Assembly: GCA_043741255.1 (NCBI GenBank)
Contig: JAYUAP010000094.1
Coordinates: forward strand, 1-48,705
Origin: Candidatus Saccharimonadota bacterium
Lineage (GTDB): Bacteria; Patescibacteriota; Saccharimonadia; Saccharimonadales; 2-12-FULL-41-12
Reading direction: 5' to 3'
Length of the DNA: 48,705 nucleotides
The notes under the pieces were generated by a model. The model did no database searches, had not been told where the DNA came from, and saw only the letters and a list, made by a program, of their open reading frames with translations. Of this stretch, positions 44,379 to 48,705 are shown piece after piece; position 1 is the stretch's first letter; every line of letters begins with the position of its first letter. The position numbers were made by a program, and so were the translations under genes.

Positions 44379-44633
44379 ATGCTAAATACAAACAATTTTT
44401 CTCCTGAATTTCACGAATATCGACCTCCTGATATTGATGCCTTACTATCTAGCCTAAGCCATGCCAAAATAAGATTCGATGCTGAGAATTTAGCTGTCCT
44501 TCTAGCTAAAGTAGCTGGGCTAAAAACAGATATCACTAAGCCTGTAATTATTTTTACGCCACCACATATCATCAGTAGCATTAGTGAGCTTAGGCAAAAT
44601 CCGCCTAGGTCTGGATATCCTCGAGTAGCTTAA
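44379..44633 (+). CDS. hypothetical protein (84 aa)
   Basis: ORF only. Its end overlaps the convergent gene by 4 nt. Confidence 0.3.
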   Translation: MLNTNNFSPEFHEYRPPDIDALLSSLSHAKIRFDAENLAVLLAKVAGLKTDITKPVIIFTPPHIISSISELRQNPPRSGYPRVA

Positions 44634-45154
44634 TTAACTGGGCTAGGCGAAGGCACGCGTTGGCGAGATTTTTCAGTTGGGTCCTCTATTATTATTCTTT
44701 TGGTGGTGATTTCTAAGATTTGGGAGCGGTCGATGCTGAGACTTCCACCAGAAAAATTCTTTATTAGTGGCTGAGCAGTATAAATCTTTTGGACAAAAAA
44801 GCTAGTTGTTTCAAACGCAAAGTCGGTTACTTTGCCATAGTTTTTTTTGCTTTCTGATGTCACTTTTAGCCCGACTAGGTCAAACTTTAGCTTAATAATA
44901 TCTTTTAGCCGGATTAGCTCTCCGGCTTGGCCCAAATCTTCATGGTCATTAACTACAATGCCTTTGTCGATTACGTCACGTATGTCCTTGGACAGTAAAA
45001 TTAATCTCTCGCCATTGCGGTTATCTGTGACATGCCAACCTTCTATGTATAAATTGTTGGGGTTGATTATCGGCGCGACAACTCTGGCAATTGGACTACC
45101 GACCCTTAGGGACAGTACGTCTACGAACTTGAATGACTCATTTAGCTTAAGCAT
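44630..45154 (-). CDS. PRC-barrel-like domain protein (two tandem barrels, hypothetical)
   Basis: Two repeats of a pattern resembling YlmC/YmxH-type PRC barrels (L.G..V......G.V.D......). Weak assignment. Confidence 0.45.
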   Translation of the reverse strand: MLKLNESFKFVDVLSLRVGSPIARVVAPIINPNNLYIEGWHVTDNRNGERLILLSKDIRDVIDKGIVVNDHEDLGQAGELIRLKDIIKLKFDLVGLKVTSESKKNYGKVTDFAFETTSFFVQKIYTAQPLIKNFSGGSLSIDRSQILEITTKRIIIEDPTEKSRQRVPSPSPVN

Positions 45155-45210
45155 ATCTACATTTTAGTATACCAACTCATTTACATCCTGGGGTAGAATA
45201 GTAGCTAAGT

Positions 45211-45645
45211 ATGAAGTTTAATTTTGAATCCAGCTCGCCAAAAGCAACTCAGGAATTTGCTAAAGATTTAGGCAATAAACTGAGGGGCGGTGAAGTAATT
45301 GAGCTAATCGGTGACGTTGGTGCCGGCAAGACAACTTTTGTGATTGGTCTTGCTGAAGGTCTTGGTAGCAGTGACCATGCGTCTAGTCCGACTTTTACTA
45401 TTCATAATACATATGCTGGTCGGTTGACTCTGCATCACTGTGATTTTTACCGGCTGGATGAAGATAAATTAATCCAAAAAGAACTAGATGATATGATTGA
45501 TGAAAGTTCGGTTGTGGTACTGGAGTGGACCCAAAACTTGGCAAATCCGCTAAAAGACACAATCAAAATATTTATTACACCTCAAGAGGGAGAAAAGCGA
45601 CATTTTACACTGGAATACCCAGAGAAATACCAGTACATAATATGA
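45211..45645 (+). CDS. tsaE: tRNA t6A37 biosynthesis ATPase TsaE
   Basis: P-loop GDVGAGKTTF, SPTF, and H.D.YRL. Confidence 0.88.
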   Translation: MKFNFESSSPKATQEFAKDLGNKLRGGEVIELIGDVGAGKTTFVIGLAEGLGSSDHASSPTFTIHNTYAGRLTLHHCDFYRLDEDKLIQKELDDMIDESSVVVLEWTQNLANPLKDTIKIFITPQEGEKRHFTLEYPEKYQYII

Positions 45646-46019
45646 TATTAAGCATTCGCACCGACAAACCGGAAGCCGAAATTGGTCTATTCTCAGCTGA
45701 TGGGCAAAAGCTGGTCTACAAGACTTGGCAAGCGCACCGTGAGCTAAGTTCGACTATCTTGGTTGTTATTAAAGAACTTTTAGACAACCAACATGCTGAT
45801 TTTAAAGATTTATCGGGTGTAGTTTTTTATAAAGGGCCGGGTAGTTTTACGGGCCTGAGAATTGGTGCGTCGGTTGCTAATGGCCTAGATGCTGTGTGTG
45901 TTAACGAAAACGGTGATGGCTGGCTACAAAAAGGCCTAAAGAGACTTGCAAATAATGAATCCGAACCAGCTTTGCCGTTCTATGGCTCCGAAGCCCACAC
46001 CACCACTCCCAGAAAGTAA
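45642..46019 (+). CDS. tsaB: TsaB-like protein, N-terminal domain only (125 aa)
   Basis: ATGA overlap with tsaE. Sequence MILSIRT...GPGSFTGLRIG. It lacks the C-terminal half of canonical TsaB. Confidence 0.7.
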   Translation: MILSIRTDKPEAEIGLFSADGQKLVYKTWQAHRELSSTILVVIKELLDNQHADFKDLSGVVFYKGPGSFTGLRIGASVANGLDAVCVNENGDGWLQKGLKRLANNESEPALPFYGSEAHTTTPRK

Positions 46020-46024
46020 TGAAG

Positions 46025-46120
46025 AACAGAAGTGTCTTTCTCTCCAGAGCTCTTTGGTTTAAAAAATATAAAAACCGGCGCTCGCTCGGGCTCTTGCGAT
46101 TGAGAAAGACACTTCTGTTC
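46025..46120. repeat. long-hairpin intergenic element, copy 2
   Basis: Perfect 19-bp outer stem GAACAGAAGTGTCTTTCTC / GAGAAAGACACTTCTGTTC around the same core as 4755-4856. Starts 5 nt after the tsaB stop. Confidence 0.6.
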
Positions 46121-46315
46121 AAAAAATAGCATTTTTATCGTATAATATTTACCAGTCAGAGACATGAAATCTATTGATGATAGCGACTGACGGGTGTTTT
46201 AATAAATTTGAATTATTCGTGTTAGACGATTGTTGTGATATAAAGCTAATAATGAAGTGATAGTGATGTAGCAAAAATCACAACTCTTTGGGCTACCGAG
46301 AGAAATGGAGTTACT

Positions 46316-47830
46316 ATGGACCCAATTACTGCCGTATTGGCTATTGTTGGAGCTGGCGTCGGCTATGGCGCAAGCACTTATCAAACCAAAAAGAAGCTAG
46401 GAACAGCCGAAGCGCAGGTTGAAAAAGAGCTAAAAAAAGCCAAAGCAGAGTCTGATAGATTACTTTCTAAGGCCCGCGAAGAAGCGACTGAAATTGCTGA
46501 GTCGGCCCGCAAGGACGAGAAAACTCGTCGGAATGAGTATAAAGATATCGAGTCACGACTACTCGGACGCGAGGAAGCTCTAGACAAAAAACTAGATGCA
46601 ATCGACAAAAGGTCTGAAGCTTTGCGTAAGGGTGAAGATGAAGTTGAAGCTCTAAAAAATGAAATTCGTGACATCCGCACAAAGCAGCAGGATAAGTTAG
46701 AGAAAATCGCCAAACTAAGTAAAACAGATGCTGCTGAAAAACTGATGGCAATGACTGAGCGTGATATAAAGCAAGATTTGCTTGGCCTAATTAATAAATT
46801 GCAGAACGAAGCCAAAGATAACGCCGAGGAAAAAGCCTCTGTAATAATTGTCGAGGCTATGGAACGCATGGCTAGCGAAGTGACTGCTGAGCGCACAGTT
46901 ACATCTGTTAAATTAGACGACGAAGAAATGAAAGGTAGAATTATCGGTAAAGAAGGCCGAAATATTCAGGCTTTGCAACGTGCCACCGGCGTGGACATTA
47001 TGGTTGACGATACCCCTGGTATGATTATTCTAAGTTCATTTGACCCAGTACGTCGTGAGGTTGCTCGTCAAGCACTAGAGATGCTACTAAAAGATGGTCG
47101 TGTACATCCTGGGCGTATAGAAGAAGTGGTAGATAAAGCTCAAAAACAAGTCCAAAAAGACGTTATGCGTACTGCCGAAGATGCAGCACGTGAAGTGGGT
47201 ATCGTGGGTATACCAAAAGAAATTTTGCAGTACCTTGGCGAGTTAAAATTCCGTACTAGTTATGGACAAAATGTGTTGAAACACAGTACCGAAATGGCCC
47301 ACATGGCTGGTGTAATCGCCGAGCAAATTGGTGCTGATACTAAAGTTGTGAAATACGCCGCTCTTTTGCATGACATGGGCAAAGCCTTGACTCATAAAAT
47401 TGAAGGCAAGCACCACCACATCGGTGCCGAGATTGCTCGCAAATACGGCGTACCTGAGAATATTTGTCACGCTATAGAAGCTCACCACGACGACGTAGAA
47501 GCTACCACGACAGAAGCGCTAGTCATACGTGTAGTTGACGCAATTTCTGCGGCAAGGCCGGGGGCTAGAAACATCAGCCAAGAAAACTTTGCAGAGCGTA
47601 TGCGTGATCTAGAAAATGTCGCAACTGGCTTTAAGGGTGTAGACAAAGCCTACGCCATAAGTGCTGGCCGTGAGGTGCGTGTTTTTGTAAAACCGACCGA
47701 CTTAGATGATTTAGGGGCCATAAAACTAGCTCGCGACGTTGCAACTAAAATTGAGTCGACTATGCAATATCCCGGAACAATAAAAGTGAACGTTATTCGC
47801 GAAACTAGAGCCATAGAATTCGCCAAGTAG
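46316..47830 (+). CDS. rny: ribonuclease Y
   Basis: An N-terminal TM, a long coiled coil, a KH domain (IIGKEGRNIQAL) and an HD domain (LLHDMGK...HH). Confidence 0.95.
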   Translation: MDPITAVLAIVGAGVGYGASTYQTKKKLGTAEAQVEKELKKAKAESDRLLSKAREEATEIAESARKDEKTRRNEYKDIESRLLGREEALDKKLDAIDKRSEALRKGEDEVEALKNEIRDIRTKQQDKLEKIAKLSKTDAAEKLMAMTERDIKQDLLGLINKLQNEAKDNAEEKASVIIVEAMERMASEVTAERTVTSVKLDDEEMKGRIIGKEGRNIQALQRATGVDIMVDDTPGMIILSSFDPVRREVARQALEMLLKDGRVHPGRIEEVVDKAQKQVQKDVMRTAEDAAREVGIVGIPKEILQYLGELKFRTSYGQNVLKHSTEMAHMAGVIAEQIGADTKVVKYAALLHDMGKALTHKIEGKHHHIGAEIARKYGVPENICHAIEAHHDDVEATTTEALVIRVVDAISAARPGARNISQENFAERMRDLENVATGFKGVDKAYAISAGREVRVFVKPTDLDDLGAIKLARDVATKIESTMQYPGTIKVNVIRETRAIEFAK

Positions 47831-47846
47831 TGGTTTAATAAAGTGG

Positions 47847-48705
47847 ATGGATAGTCAAAATTTCCTATCTAGTTATCTGGGCTGGATAATCACAGCTGTT
47901 TTTTGCGCTGTACCATTGTTATTTTGGATAAATATCCACCCTTTATCGGTTGTTTTTCAAGGCAATTTTACAACCGTAAGCCTAGCTATAGGCCAGATAG
48001 CTGGGCTAACAGGTATCGTAATGTATGGGCTGAATTTGATATATTCAACCCGTCTGAGGTTTTTAGAAAACATGTTTGGTGGGCTCAACAAAGTTTTTGT
48101 AGCGCATCATATTTTGGGTGGTTTGGCATTGATTTTACTTTGTTTTCATCCAGTATTTTTGGCACTGAACAGAGTCAGTTTTTCGCCTAAAGAAGGTGCT
48201 TTACTACTGATACCTAACGGTCTTTTGCCGTTAGATGCGTTGGTTGATAATACCAATAAATTTCATTTTGAAGTTTTACAGCAATGGGCAATATTTTTTG
48301 GTATTTTGGCCTTTTGGGGAATGGTCGTTTTGCTGATTATTACTTTTTTTGTAAAACTTCCGTATCAACTATGGCTAGCGATACACCGTTATTTGGGTCT
48401 AGCATTCTTTTTTGCCGGGCTTCATGTTTTGTTTGTATCTAGCGATACTTCTATCAGTAAGGGTTTGAAGTTATATCTATTAACCATTGCATGTTTGGGG
48501 CTTTTGGCATTCGCCTATAGAAGTCTACTAGCCGACGTTTTTGTCAGGCGGTACAGATATAAAGTGTCGGAAGTTGATTTATCAACAAAAGGCGTTACAC
48601 AAATTAGCATGGTTCCAATGGCCAAAAAACTAGAATTTAAAGCTGGACAATTTATTTTTATTAAATTTATCAAATCTGATGGAAGAATTGCCAAAGAGTG
48701 GCACC
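47847..48705 (+). CDS. ferric reductase/NOX-like transmembrane bis-heme protein with FNR-type FAD-binding domain, partial (3' end off window)
   Basis: Not in the track because it runs off the edge. The frame from ATG 47847 stays open to the end of the window. It has two His pairs spaced 13 residues apart in TM helices (HHILGGLALILLCFH and HRYLGLAFFFAGLH), then AGQFIFIKF....EWH at the start of the FAD-binding domain. Confidence 0.7.
   Translation, partial: MDSQNFLSSYLGWIITAVFCAVPLLFWINIHPLSVVFQGNFTTVSLAIGQIAGLTGIVMYGLNLIYSTRLRFLENMFGGLNKVFVAHHILGGLALILLCFHPVFLALNRVSFSPKEGALLLIPNGLLPLDALVDNTNKFHFEVLQQWAIFFGILAFWGMVVLLIITFFVKLPYQLWLAIHRYLGLAFFFAGLHVLFVSSDTSISKGLKLYLLTIACLGLLAFAYRSLLADVFVRRYRYKVSEVDLSTKGVTQISMVPMAKKLEFKAGQFIFIKFIKSDGRIAKEWH

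Noticed and set aside
46381-46896. 171-aa minus-strand ORF (and 46467-46751) inside rny.
   Set aside because: It is antisense to the coiled-coil region of RNase Y. It is an S/A/R-rich artefact of the complementary K/E/A-rich codons.
47903-48190. 95-aa plus-strand track ORF after rny.
   Set aside because: It is in the wrong frame. The frame starting at ATG 47847 stays open for 286 codons to the window edge and has a coherent TM/heme-ligand pattern.
1-48705. Alternative genetic code (UGA recoding, as in some CPR lineages).
   Set aside because: TGA terminates many well-conserved genes at the expected homolog length (for example the ATGA overlaps at grpE, pilM/N/O and tsaE/tsaB). No conserved protein needs read-through. 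The standard code 11 fits.

Overview
This 48.7-kb window is gene-dense and reads in the standard code: TGA acts as a stop, and there are many ATGA start/stop overlaps. The content suggests a reduced-genome, Gram-positive-like bacterium, and my inference is Patescibacteria/CPR, possibly Saccharibacteria-like. That inference rests on shortened housekeeping proteins, a type IV pilus locus with no secretin in the window, and many lineage-specific orphan genes.

Recognisable genes, in order:
- Translation and envelope: NUDIX (partial), tilS, ftsH, murJ, lepA, two guanylate-kinase-like paralogs flanking bcp.
- Heat-shock regulon under HrcA/CIRCE control: hrcA-orphan-grpE-orphans, dnaK and dnaJ, each preceded by a CIRCE inverted repeat.
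- A MIP channel, a RimK/ATP-grasp/DUF192 module, and a YCII-like gene.
- An accessory stretch at about 21.4-27.3 kb: LRR protein, GH3 glycosidase, Fic protein and small orphans, ending at tRNA-Lys(UUU).
- An EEP nuclease/phosphatase, yebC, an S51 peptidase, and ruvC-orphan-ruvA-ruvB.
- A minus-strand type IV pilus operon: pilB, pilC, pilA, three pilin-like genes, pilM, pilN, pilO-like.
- recA-orphan-recX, tsaE, a short tsaB, rny, and a partial NOX/Fre-like bis-heme reductase.

I found no rRNA, CRISPR array, transposase or integrase.

Most interesting signals:
1. A tRNA-Lys-anchored array of tRNA-3'-end-derived, imperfectly palindromic non-coding modules that separate single-gene cassettes.
2. 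A two-copy long-hairpin element with covarying outer stems, placed exactly 5 nt after two unrelated stop codons.
3. A 39-bp inverted repeat that duplicates part of the GH3 5' coding region and brackets the LRR and GH3 genes.
4. Twin near-identical promoters with leaderless geometry, driving an orphan gene cluster downstream of dnaK.
5. Orphan genes translationally coupled inside the hrcA-grpE, ruvCAB and recA-recX operons.
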